DNA of 64,000 nt from Bacteroidales bacterium. Its GTDB lineage: Bacteria > Bacteroidota > Bacteroidia > Bacteroidales > NBLH01. Location of the stretch: positions 31,677 to 95,676 of the forward strand of contig JBNKRJ010000138.1 in the NCBI GenBank assembly GCA_050296515.1, read 5' to 3'. Shown one piece after another: positions 1 through 8,920 of the stretch (position 1 is the first letter of the stretch; each line of letters begins with the position of its first letter). The notes below the pieces were generated by a model. The model was not told the DNA's origin, searched no databases, and was given only the letters and a program-made list of their open reading frames with translations. A program made the translations under genes and the position numbers.

Positions 1-7
1 TTGGTTT

Positions 8-1681
8 ATGCATGTAAATGGCATTACACGGTACGATGAAACAAATACAGGCAATGAATTCTCCTACTTGTCTACCTCCAATCTTGGTTTAACAGCATCG
101 GCAGAACTCTCAGACATTGCTGCAGATAGCAATGGAGAAATCTGGATTACATCAAACCAAGGTGTTGTTGAATTTAATAGTGCAGGCTCAGCTACAGTAT
201 ATACAACAGTTGACGGATTAACAGATAATATTGTAACCTCTGTTTACATTGATAGCAGAAATATTAAATATTTGGGGACAATGAGTGGCGGAATAACAAC
301 AATGAGCCCATACGGATTTAGAAAAATTACAAAATCAGAGGGGCTCCTTACCAATCATATTAAGGCTGTAGCTTATGATGAAACATCTGGTAAAATTTGG
401 TCTGGAGGTGATTGGGGAGGAATTTCTGCAACAACAATAACAGATGTGTCCTACGAAGGCTCAACTCCTCCAAGTCCAATATGTTATGGAGAAAACTTGA
501 CACTAAGTGTTACAGCTTTTAATGGTTTTGGCCCCGGAAGTTATAATTATACATGGACTGATTCAGAAGGAACGGAAGTTGCCAATACTGCAAATATTAC
601 AGTTACACCCAGAGCATCAATAACCTCCTATTCTGTTGAAATAAATGACGGTTTTACTTCTATTACCTCTTCATTCCCAATTACTGTAAACAGCATTGAT
701 ACTTCTTTGATTTCAGGTCCGCAAAATGTTTGTGCGAATAATACCACAGTAAATTATTCAGTTCCCGATAATCCAAATAAAACATATAATTGGACAATAA
801 ACGGAGGAGATATTACCAATAGCCAAACATTGCATTCAATTGATGTAACATGGAGGCCTGATGGGAGTGGAAACTATTTAATCTTAACAGAAACCGGAAC
901 TACAAATAACTGTTCAGTAACACAGCAATTCGATGTTTCATTATTGTCTATTAGCCAGTCGGCCATTACTGGCCCTTTAGAATTATGCCCTGATGGTAGC
1001 CTAACTACCTATAGTTTAAGTGTTGATCCGAATCGTAGTTACGAATGGTCTGTTACAGGAGGACAAATTGAAAGTGGACAAAATGCCTCACAAGTCAATA
1101 TACAGTGGGATTTAGACATCTTATCCGGAAATTTATCTTTGAAAGAAACCGATAATACCAATAATTGTTCAATTGACCAGTATTTTGACATTAACTTCCA
1201 GGTTCGTGATACTGTTCAAATTTTATTAAAAGGAGAATCCTTACTCATTTGCACTGATTCCGGAAGAGTTGACTATCAATGGTTTTATAATAATGAACCC
1301 GTTGCAAATGCAAACAAACAGTTTCATTATGTTGATTTAGATCAGGGCGCTCCAACAGGTAATTACCACCTTGAAATAGGCAAAAACAGTGTTTGCAGAA
1401 CAACCTCCACGCCCATTCAAATCATCAACCCTAATCTAAAGGTCTATCCAATGCCCGCAAAAAGCACTCTAAACATTGACTTTGTAAGCAATAGCAAAAG
1501 TGAAGGTAAAATGATTATAAGAAATTCTCAAGGGATATTTATTCGCGAAGCCCCTTTCTACAAGGAGGAACTTTTTAAGCAATTGGAAATTGATGTTTCA
1601 AATTATACACCCGGAACCTACTTCTTTACAATCATGCTGGAAGATAGACCTTACACATCAGGAAAATTTATAGTTAACTAA
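8..1681 (+). CDS. Secreted repeat protein with T9SS C-terminal sorting domain (5' end probably outside the window)
   Basis: 557-aa ORF whose frame is open to the window edge. The N-terminal part has propeller-like repeats (GEIWITSNQGVVEF, GKIWSGGDWGG). There are ~80-aa Cys-containing Ig/PKD-like internal repeats (ISGPQNVCANN...NNCSVTQQFDV versus ITGPLELCPDG...NNCSIDQYFDI). The C-terminus (KVYPMPAKSTLNIDF...GTYFFTIM...GKFIVN) fits the Por/T9SS CTD pattern. Confidence 0.6.
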   Translation: MHVNGITRYDETNTGNEFSYLSTSNLGLTASAELSDIAADSNGEIWITSNQGVVEFNSAGSATVYTTVDGLTDNIVTSVYIDSRNIKYLGTMSGGITTMSPYGFRKITKSEGLLTNHIKAVAYDETSGKIWSGGDWGGISATTITDVSYEGSTPPSPICYGENLTLSVTAFNGFGPGSYNYTWTDSEGTEVANTANITVTPRASITSYSVEINDGFTSITSSFPITVNSIDTSLISGPQNVCANNTTVNYSVPDNPNKTYNWTINGGDITNSQTLHSIDVTWRPDGSGNYLILTETGTTNNCSVTQQFDVSLLSISQSAITGPLELCPDGSLTTYSLSVDPNRSYEWSVTGGQIESGQNASQVNIQWDLDILSGNLSLKETDNTNNCSIDQYFDINFQVRDTVQILLKGESLLICTDSGRVDYQWFYNNEPVANANKQFHYVDLDQGAPTGNYHLEIGKNSVCRTTSTPIQIINPNLKVYPMPAKSTLNIDFVSNSKSEGKMIIRNSQGIFIREAPFYKEELFKQLEIDVSNYTPGTYFFTIMLEDRPYTSGKFIVN

Positions 1682-1701
1682 TCATACCCAAACTTACAAC
1701 A

Positions 1702-2781
1702 ATGAAACTTAAAATATTTTTCACCACTCTTTCTTTAATCATTTTTTGCCAAATCTGGGCACAGGATAGGAGTATTACAGGAAAGGTTACTGACGTAAAA
1801 GGAAGTCCCCTTGCAGGTGTAAATGTTACAGCCAAGGACTATCCGTCATTAACAACAATTACTGGTATCGACGGTGAATTCAGAATGGAAATATTTGATT
1901 TTACTAAAGCACTTGTTTTTTCATTTTCAAATATGAAACCCAAAGAAGTTGCCCTTACTGATACCATTGATAGAATATTGGTAACAATGCAATATCAGTT
2001 ACTGAAAAACCCTGATCCATGGAGTGTTTCGTTAAATCTTTTTACTGGCCAGTCTCATGTTTATAGTCAGGCAAAAGACGATCATTCTGCTTGGGATTAC
2101 CATGGTGACCCTGGAGTTATGGGTTCGCTTGAGATTGAATATTTTTTCACGCAAAATATTGGATTAGGGACCGGTATTGGTATTAATGCCTATAATAGTT
2201 CTGACAATGCTAATGATGTATCAAATGATCAGAACACAATATCAAGAATAGATCAGGATGATGAACAATACTACTTATATACAGATAGTACTTCAATTAG
2301 TGAAAAAGTAAAAGTTCGTTCTGTTAGCTTCCCGATTAAGGTAAAATTCAGATTTAGACCAGGTAAAAAATGGAGCTTTAATGCTGATATTGGACTCAAA
2401 ATAATGAGTATATTCTCAGCCAGAGTAAAAGCCAAAGGGAATACAATATGGAGTGCATATTACCCTAAATATCATGCACTTATATACGATGTACCAGCCT
2501 ACGGTTTTAACCTGTATAATATTGATTCAGAAAACACTCTTATCGACTATAAAAAGCTCACTTATTCTTTTATAACCTCAATAGGTGTTAGTAGAAGACT
2601 TAATAAAAATATGAATCTTGATTTCGGATTCTTTATAGAACGAGGACTTAATGACATCAACTACGATCAACCTGTACATGAAGCAGACTTTTTGAATGTT
2701 GTAGGCACAGTAGATGAGACTATTTTAAAAGCTGTTGGAATAACAATTGGTTTAAGGTATCAGCTTATCAAAAAACGGTAA
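1702..2781 (+). CDS. CarboxypepD_reg-like domain protein with predicted outer-membrane beta-barrel
   Basis: Signal peptide MKLKIFFTTLSLIIFCQIWAQ. ITGKVTDVKGSPLAGVNVT is the carboxypeptidase-regulatory-like motif. The C-terminal half has alternating-hydrophobic strands ending GITIGLRYQL. It starts 20 bp after the upstream gene. Confidence 0.5.
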   Translation: MKLKIFFTTLSLIIFCQIWAQDRSITGKVTDVKGSPLAGVNVTAKDYPSLTTITGIDGEFRMEIFDFTKALVFSFSNMKPKEVALTDTIDRILVTMQYQLLKNPDPWSVSLNLFTGQSHVYSQAKDDHSAWDYHGDPGVMGSLEIEYFFTQNIGLGTGIGINAYNSSDNANDVSNDQNTISRIDQDDEQYYLYTDSTSISEKVKVRSVSFPIKVKFRFRPGKKWSFNADIGLKIMSIFSARVKAKGNTIWSAYYPKYHALIYDVPAYGFNLYNIDSENTLIDYKKLTYSFITSIGVSRRLNKNMNLDFGFFIERGLNDINYDQPVHEADFLNVVGTVDETILKAVGITIGLRYQLIKKR

Positions 2782-2850
2782 ACAATACTTTAACAGTTTT
2801 TAAGTTTTATTTAAACGACTTAACAATAAATCAGAGTAATTTTGTTCTAT

Positions 2851-2929
2851 AGAAAATAAAGATTTTTTTCATAAGGTTTAGGTTAATAATTGGGTTAATG
2901 AAATTGGCGGGGTGGTTCCCGCCTTTTTT
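2851..2929 (+). ncRNA. Putative small RNA, copy 1 (diverged member of a 4-copy tandem family)
   Basis: A TAnnTTTG box (taattttg, 2837-2844) lies upstream. The body (ataaggtttaggttaataattgggttaatg) aligns with the other copies. Hairpin ggcggg-GTGGTT-cccgcc at 2906-2923 is followed by a T6 tract at 2924-2929. It may double as the terminator of the 1702-2781 gene. Ends are approximate. Confidence 0.35.
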
Positions 2930-3207
2930 ATGCTGCATTATTATACTATGTCGTTAAGTTAGTGAAATTACTCTTTTAACAAAACGAAATTAAAACCTAC
3001 AACTTAGAACTTGGCTTAAATTTCTAAGTTTTAAGTTCTAAATTCCAATATATGAATTTATTGACAGTGCAAATGAGTTTATAAAGCTTAACTAAACTAC
3101 ATTGCATTACTATAACACGAATCGCACAAATAAATATATCTAACTTTTAACATTCTTTAATGGAAATTTAGACCACTTAACACTATTTCAGTTTACTTTT
3201 GTATCAT

Positions 3208-3296
3208 AATCATACATTAAGTGATTGGTTTTTTATAACAGGTTTGGTTTAGATTAGTATTTTTAGTGAGAGGTGGGGTGGTTCCCACCTCTTTTT
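3208..3296 (+). ncRNA. Putative small RNA, copy 2
   Basis: A -7 box (tacttttg, 3194-3201) lies upstream. A possible 5' hairpin is AAUCA/UGAUU. The U/G-rich body is gattggttttttataacaggtttggtttagattagtatttttagtgag. Terminator gaggtggg-GTGGTT-cccacctc at 3270-3291 is followed by T5. No ORF is present. Ends are approximate. Confidence 0.5.
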
Positions 3297-3437
3297 ATTT
3301 TTAAACTTTCTGAAAAACCTTATTCCAAAAATCATCTATACAGGCTTAAAACCTAAAGAATCTACACATCTAACGTTTAACATTCTTTAATGGAAATTTA
3401 GACCACTTAACACTATTTCTGCTTACTTTTGTATCAT

Positions 3438-3526
3438 AATCATACATCAAGTGATTGGTTTTTTTATAACAGGTTTGGTTTAGATTAGTATTTTTAGTGA
3501 GAGGCGGGGTGGTTCCCGCCTTTTTT
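3438..3526 (+). ncRNA. Putative small RNA, copy 3
   Basis: A -7 box (tacttttg, 3424-3431) lies upstream. The body is about 95% identical to copy 2. Terminator gaggcggg-GTGGTT-cccgcc at 3501-3520 is followed by T6. The stem changes relative to copy 2 are compensatory (T>C paired with A>G). Confidence 0.5.
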
Positions 3527-3811
3527 CATTAAAAAAGGCTAAAATGCCAGCTGATTTTTCAGAATCATAAGTAAAATTCATTAAGTTCATCTATCAACTT
3601 AAATCATTAATCAATTTTTACTGACCATTTAGTGTAAAGAAGACCGTTTTTTTGAAAAAAATATCAACACAAAAAATAAATGTTAACTCACTGACTTCTA
3701 GAAGTTTTAGACTCATTATTAACCACACAGGTCTCTTTCAGGAATCATTTTTATTGAATTTTAGTCAAACAAAGTTTTCGTAAATGCAAAAACGTTGTAT
3801 CTTTGTAGCAT

Positions 3812-3900
3812 AATCAAACATTAAGTGATTGGTTTTTTTATAACAGGTTTGGTTTAGATTAGTATTTTTAGTGAGAGGTGGGGTGGTTCCCACCTCTTTT
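3812..3900 (+). ncRNA. Putative small RNA, copy 4
   Basis: A -7 box (tatctttg, 3798-3805) lies upstream. The body from cattaagtgattgg onward is nearly identical to copies 2 and 3, but the upstream region is different. Terminator gaggtggg-GTGGTT-cccacctc at 3875-3896 is followed by T4, which abuts the stop codon (3900-3902) of the convergent GH13 gene. Confidence 0.5.
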
Positions 3901-5696
3901 CATTTTACCAATTGCAGAATTCTTACAGAGTAGCCATCCATCCAAATTGCTGATAAGTCATTAAAAAATTCTTCGGTAATAACATCCTTGCAAGAGTTAT
4001 AGTTTTTCAGTACTTCATAAAACCTAATGGTTGAAATTGACCTGGAATCATCTTTATTTACAATCACCATAAACGCCTCATTATCAACACCCCTAAAATA
4101 AACATAAATTCCATTTTCAGGAACAAAGTGCTTCAACTTTCCACAATGTACTGCTTTAGAAGTTTTTCGCCAGTTAAGAAGTTTTTTAGTGAACTCAAAA
4201 GCCATTACCTGATCATGACTAAGATTTTTCTTTTCAAATACACTTTTCTTGTCACCAGGCCAACCACCAGGAAAATCCTGTCTAATGTGCCCATGTCCTT
4301 TGCTTTCGGTTCCATCCATTAAAATTTCAGTGCCGTAATAAATTTGCGGGGTTCCACGAGTAGTAAGTAGAATGGATATAGCCATCTTAAATTTATTAAA
4401 ATTGTGATTTAAACTAGTATAAATCCGGCTTAAATCATGATTATCCAAAAAAATAAGATTTTTAGAGGCATCAGGGTACAAAAAGTCTTGTGCTAAGGTA
4501 TAATATAATCCCAGCAAACCACCATTTACACTTTCAGGTTCATTTAAAGCTTTGATAATTGCAAAATGCAAGGGAAAATCAGTTACACTTGGCAAATAAG
4601 ATTGGTAATTATCCTTTGATTGAAAATTTTGCTGCCAATAGGCTGTCATAGACGCCTTGTACAACCATGATTCACCAACTATATTAAATTCAGGATATTC
4701 TTTCAGAACTCTTTTGGCCCACCTGGCCATCATTGCCTTATCAGTATAAGGATAAGTATCCATGCGAATACCATCAATACCACTGTATTCAATCCACCAC
4801 AAGCTATTCTGTATTAAATAATTAGCCAAATATGGATTCTTTTGGTCTAAATCAGGCATACTGGTATCAAACCAGCCATTTTGCAATAAGTTAAAATCAA
4901 ATTCTGATGAATAAGAATCGCTTACAGCAGCCAAATAGTTATTAGTTCTGGTATAATTTGGAAATTGATGAATCCAGTCATTTGAGGGCATATCTTTTAT
5001 AAACCAATGATTGAGGCCACAATGATTGAAAACCATGTCCTTAATCACTTTTAAACCCTTTTTATGGCATTCAGAAACAAGTTGCTTATAATCTTCATTT
5101 GTTCCCAGCCTTTGATCAATTTTATAGAAATCTGTAATGGCATATCCATGATAAGAGTAATGCGGCATATTATTTTCAAAAACAGGATTTAGCCATAATG
5201 TAGTTATACCCAAATCAATAAAATAATCAAGATGACTTAAAATCCCTTGCAAGTCGCCACCATGTCTTCCATCAGGATTGTTCCTATTTGCTTTCTCAAG
5301 CATTCCTTTTACACTGTCAAGTTTAGGATTTCCATTTGCAAACCGGTCTGGCATAATCAAATACACCACATCTGATTGGTTAAAGCCTTTATGATTATTT
5401 TTATTTGAATCTCTTTTAAACAACTCATATTCAACATAAAAGTAGTTGTTTTCTTTAAAAAATTCAATCAGGAAAATTCCGGGTTCTGTTGATTTGTCAA
5501 TTAGTAAATCGAGAAAAAGATAATTCTGGTTTTCGACCTTACTAAGGTTTATAAGATTGATAGTTTTATGAGTGATTTTAACCTCACAACTTGCAATATT
5601 TTTACCGTAAACCAATAACTGTAGCAAGGGTTCTTTTAGTCCTACCCACCAATTTGGCGGCTCAATTCGAATAATTTGAGAAGTACTATCAATCAT
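3900..5696 (-). CDS. GH13 alpha-amylase family enzyme with a cyclomaltodextrinase-type N-terminal domain (neopullulanase/SusA-like)
   Basis: 598 aa. N-terminal IRIEPPNWWVGL...LLVYGKNI resembles the Cyc-maltodext_N pattern. GH13 motifs are present: DVVYLIMPDRF, KVIKDMVFNHCG, GIDGIRMDTYPY, FLDNHD. No obvious signal peptide. Confidence 0.8.
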   Translation of the reverse strand: MIDSTSQIIRIEPPNWWVGLKEPLLQLLVYGKNIASCEVKITHKTINLINLSKVENQNYLFLDLLIDKSTEPGIFLIEFFKENNYFYVEYELFKRDSNKNNHKGFNQSDVVYLIMPDRFANGNPKLDSVKGMLEKANRNNPDGRHGGDLQGILSHLDYFIDLGITTLWLNPVFENNMPHYSYHGYAITDFYKIDQRLGTNEDYKQLVSECHKKGLKVIKDMVFNHCGLNHWFIKDMPSNDWIHQFPNYTRTNNYLAAVSDSYSSEFDFNLLQNGWFDTSMPDLDQKNPYLANYLIQNSLWWIEYSGIDGIRMDTYPYTDKAMMARWAKRVLKEYPEFNIVGESWLYKASMTAYWQQNFQSKDNYQSYLPSVTDFPLHFAIIKALNEPESVNGGLLGLYYTLAQDFLYPDASKNLIFLDNHDLSRIYTSLNHNFNKFKMAISILLTTRGTPQIYYGTEILMDGTESKGHGHIRQDFPGGWPGDKKSVFEKKNLSHDQVMAFEFTKKLLNWRKTSKAVHCGKLKHFVPENGIYVYFRGVDNEAFMVIVNKDDSRSISTIRFYEVLKNYNSCKDVITEEFFNDLSAIWMDGYSVRILQLVK

Positions 5697-5711
5697 TTTG
5701 GCAAGCTATAA

Positions 5712-7037
5712 TTACTCATTGGAAATAAAGACCTTATACCCCCAGGGATGAAGCGACATACTCATCGATTTAAAAACATCTTCAGTGAAATAGCACTTCT
5801 CACTTTCAAATTCATCAGCACCATGAACTATAAAATCCTGATATTCAGAACTTAAATTAAATATTGCTAAAACGTGGTTAGCCTCCTTCTTTCTGGTAAC
5901 AGCAAATATCTTATTATTTTTATTAGTATTTGCTCTAATCATTTCGCCGCCTTCACAGCCGCTCCAAAGAGCTTTGTTTTTCTTTCGTAATTCATTCAAT
6001 TGCTTATAAAAACCATTGTATTCCTCTCCCCCATTTTCCCAATCAATTAAATCCTTATCAAAAAAATTTAATTTCCTGTTCATGCCTGCTTCTTGTCCAC
6101 TAAAAATAAGAGGTATCCCCGGGACAATATAGGTTAGCAAAGCAAAGGTCTTGTAGGCTACTCCCATTCGTTCAATTGCAGAACCAGCATTTTTATTTTC
6201 ATCATGATTACTGGTAAAATACATTCGAATAGCATTTTGCGAGTAGATTTCAACATCATATTTAAAACATTCATCCAAATCCCAAACTGTTTTTCGTCCT
6301 TGGGCAATATCGTTCATAATATGGTGTACAGCCCAATTATAGGTAGAATCAAATGCTTTTTGCAATAAATCAGCCTGTTCGGCCTCTGCAAGCATAAAAA
6401 CAGGTTTTACTTTGTCTAATTCGGCGCGGGCGGTTTCCCAAAAACTAGTAGGTACCAATCCGGCCATATCGCATCGATAACCATCAAGATCTGCTTCCTT
6501 AATCCAAAATTTTAATGCTTCAATCATTTCAGTTCGTAATGCCGGATTGTCAAAATTTAAATCAGCAACATCAAACCAATCCGTATTTCTGGGACTAATG
6601 ATGTTACCAGCTTCATCTTTTGCATAAAACTCAGGATGTGTTTTTATCCAGGTATGATCCCATGCAGTATGATTTGCCACCCAATCAAGAATAATATACA
6701 TACCCAATTCGTGAACTTTCCTGACCAGATTTTTAAAATCGTCAAGTGTACCAAAATCAGGATTTACACTTATGTAATCTCTTATGGCATAAGGACTTCC
6801 CATGGTTCCTTTTTTCTTTTCCTGCCCTATCGGCTGAATGGGCATAATCCACAGAATATCAACGCCCAATTCTTTTAAACGTGGTAAATGCTCTATAAAC
6901 TCGTTAATTGTTCCGGAAACAGTATAGTGTCTGAGGTAAACTTCATATATCGTAGCATCTTTAATCCAGTCGAGATGTTTTACAGTAAATAAATTTTCAA
7001 GTGATTTGCTCATTTTTTTTAACGGTATTTTTATCAA
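5712..7037 (-). CDS. GH13 alpha-amylase, cytoplasmic type (no signal peptide)
   Basis: 441 aa. GH13 conserved regions are present: ILDWVANHTAWDH, DGYRCDMAG, FMLAEAE, FTSNHDEN. It is a paralog of the 7266-8768 gene. Confidence 0.85.
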   Translation of the reverse strand: MIKIPLKKMSKSLENLFTVKHLDWIKDATIYEVYLRHYTVSGTINEFIEHLPRLKELGVDILWIMPIQPIGQEKKKGTMGSPYAIRDYISVNPDFGTLDDFKNLVRKVHELGMYIILDWVANHTAWDHTWIKTHPEFYAKDEAGNIISPRNTDWFDVADLNFDNPALRTEMIEALKFWIKEADLDGYRCDMAGLVPTSFWETARAELDKVKPVFMLAEAEQADLLQKAFDSTYNWAVHHIMNDIAQGRKTVWDLDECFKYDVEIYSQNAIRMYFTSNHDENKNAGSAIERMGVAYKTFALLTYIVPGIPLIFSGQEAGMNRKLNFFDKDLIDWENGGEEYNGFYKQLNELRKKNKALWSGCEGGEMIRANTNKNNKIFAVTRKKEANHVLAIFNLSSEYQDFIVHGADEFESEKCYFTEDVFKSMSMSLHPWGYKVFISNE

Positions 7038-7112
7038 TTACACATGGAATTTTATACAAAATACTAAAAATTGAAGAAATTATCATTTAACTTTTGTAAC
7101 TTTTTATGCAAT

Positions 7113-7147
7113 AAAAAAGCCGGCCAATGTCAAAAAGACATTAACCG
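7113..7147 (-). terminator. Possible intrinsic terminator between the two paralogous GH13 genes
   Basis: On the minus strand, hairpin cgg-tt-aatgtc / ttttt / gacatt-gg-ccg is followed by gcttttttatt. It lies in the 228-bp gap after the 7266 stop codon. Confidence 0.4.
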
Positions 7148-7265
7148 ACTCGGGCTCATCCGTTTAATTAACCTGATTTACTATTATGAAACCCTTAATA
7201 GGGACTTGAAAAAACTATCCGCCAATTCTGAGAAAGAATTGATATTTTTATATTATTTGCATTAT

Positions 7266-8768
7266 TTATTTTACAAAAACCCTGTACTCCCATGCACCTA
7301 GCTCAAAATCTTTGCTTTCAAACATACCATTTCCAAAATATTCATTCAAGCCAGTAAAATCAGCATCGGTATTTAATGAGAACTTTACTGGTTCTTTTGA
7401 TAAATTCATCACTACAAGAACTTTACTATTTTCATCTTCACGTACAAAAGCATAAGCAACGGAATCGCTGGTTGTGTTAATTTTGGTTAATTTTGAACCA
7501 AATCCATCGTTCCAAAGCGCCGAATTGTTTTTCTTAAGGCCAGATAAACTTTTGTAAAAATCACCTAATTTTTTATTTGTATTCCAGTCAATTTCATCTT
7601 TTTCGAAAAACAATAATCTTTTATTCAAACCTGCTTCTTGCCCACTGTAAATCAATGGCATTCCAGGGACAGTATAAGTCAACACAGCCATTGCTTTTGA
7701 AGCATCACCCAATCTTTCGCCAACAGTACCATTCCATGAGTTTTCATCATGATTTGTGATGAATTGCATACGAATAGCTCCCTTTGGAAAAGCGGTGTCT
7801 TGCTTTGCAAAATATGTGTCAATTGCGTTTGGCTTTTCTTTGCCCTGTGCAATTTTGTTCATGATATGGTGAAATTCCCACGAGTATGACGCATCAAATG
7901 ATTTATAGTGATGATCTGCCTGCTCGGCTTCTGCCAACATAAACACTGGTTTTATACTATCCAGCATAGGACGGACTTCTTCCCAAAAATCAGTTGGTAC
8001 CATACCAGCTACATCACATCTGTAACCATCAACATTCGCATTTTCAATCCAAAACCTGAAGATTTTTTTCATTTCTTCTCTTAAATCTTTGTTGTCGTAG
8101 TTCAAATCAGCGGTATCCCACCAGTCCGTACCAACAGGATAGGTCATTCCTCGTTCACGAAGTTGCTTATAATATTCAGGATGTTCTTCCATCCATTCTT
8201 TTTTCCAGAGAGTTTCATCTTCTTTAACCCTGGTGTAAAAATCGGGGTGGCTTTTAACCCAGTCATGATCCCATGCGGTATGATTCACTGCAATATCAAG
8301 AATTACATACATACCCATTTCGTGGATTTTTTTAACCAACGCCTTAAACTCTTCCATGGTTCCAAACTCAGGATTCACTTTGAGGTAATCCTTTATACCA
8401 TAGTAACTTCCAAGGTATTTTTTCTGTTCTTCAGGATCTTTAATTTCTTCAATTAATGTGTTTTGAGTAGCTTTTCTGTTTACTTTCCCAATTTCAAAAA
8501 TTGGCATAAACCAAAGAATATCAACACCCATTTCTTTTAACCTTGGAAGGTGTTCTTCAAATTCTTTAATAGTTCCGCCCGGAGAATATTGCCGCAAATT
8601 TACTTCGTAAATATTTGCTGACTTTGCCCAATCGGGATGCTTGAGCTGAACTTGTAAAGAATCACTCTGCTCAATGGTTTGATCCTGAGTAGAATGATTA
8701 CAGGATGATAGAGAAATCAACAGATTTGCAAAAATCATCATCGAAATAAACATTAGTATTTTCTTCAT
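7266..8768 (-). CDS. GH13 alpha-amylase, lipoprotein form
   Basis: 500 aa. The signal peptide ends at a lipobox Cys (LLISLSSCNHS). GH13 regions are present: ILDIAVNHTAWDH, DGYRCDVAG, FMLAEAE, ITNHDEN. Confidence 0.85.
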   Translation of the reverse strand: MKKILMFISMMIFANLLISLSSCNHSTQDQTIEQSDSLQVQLKHPDWAKSANIYEVNLRQYSPGGTIKEFEEHLPRLKEMGVDILWFMPIFEIGKVNRKATQNTLIEEIKDPEEQKKYLGSYYGIKDYLKVNPEFGTMEEFKALVKKIHEMGMYVILDIAVNHTAWDHDWVKSHPDFYTRVKEDETLWKKEWMEEHPEYYKQLRERGMTYPVGTDWWDTADLNYDNKDLREEMKKIFRFWIENANVDGYRCDVAGMVPTDFWEEVRPMLDSIKPVFMLAEAEQADHHYKSFDASYSWEFHHIMNKIAQGKEKPNAIDTYFAKQDTAFPKGAIRMQFITNHDENSWNGTVGERLGDASKAMAVLTYTVPGMPLIYSGQEAGLNKRLLFFEKDEIDWNTNKKLGDFYKSLSGLKKNNSALWNDGFGSKLTKINTTSDSVAYAFVREDENSKVLVVMNLSKEPVKFSLNTDADFTGLNEYFGNGMFESKDFELGAWEYRVFVK

Positions 8769-8920
8769 TTTATATTTGTGTTTAACCTTGATTTTTCAAA
8801 AAATCAGATTGGAAAAATCCAACCTGAGAATTAACCAATAATTCTGGAAACCTTAACTTAAATTTGCTCGTAAAGAGAAAGATACAATAAGCTAATCAAC
8901 TATTAATAAAAATAACCAAC

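Larger units (their letters stand above)
3138..3526 (+). repeat. Direct duplication of ~160 bp with a 230-bp period (3138-3296 and 3368-3526)
   Basis: By-eye alignment of the two segments shows about 8 differences in ~160 positions, including a 1-nt T-run indel. Each segment covers the promoter-proximal region, the sRNA-like body and the terminator. Confidence 0.85.

Noticed and set aside
3785-3799. LacI-operator-like string tgcaaaaacgttgta overlapping the promoter region of sRNA-like copy 4
   Set aside because: It shares the AACGTT core, but both half-sites are shifted or degenerate relative to the three clean TGCAAACGTTTRCG sites. It is too weak to call without binding data.
2837-3900. Possible CRISPR array, because of regularly repeated sequence with a palindromic core
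   Set aside because: The repeat units are ~90-160 bp rather than 24-48 bp. The spacings are irregular (357, 230 and 374 bp between the boxes). Each unit has its own promoter-like box and T-tract terminator, and no cas genes are nearby. A tandem sRNA gene family fits better.
7071-7301. 76-aa + strand ORF in the gap between the two paralogous GH13 genes
   Set aside because: It is Lys/Leu/Asn-rich and low-complexity. It overlaps the 3' end of the 7266-8768 gene and a terminator-like hairpin.
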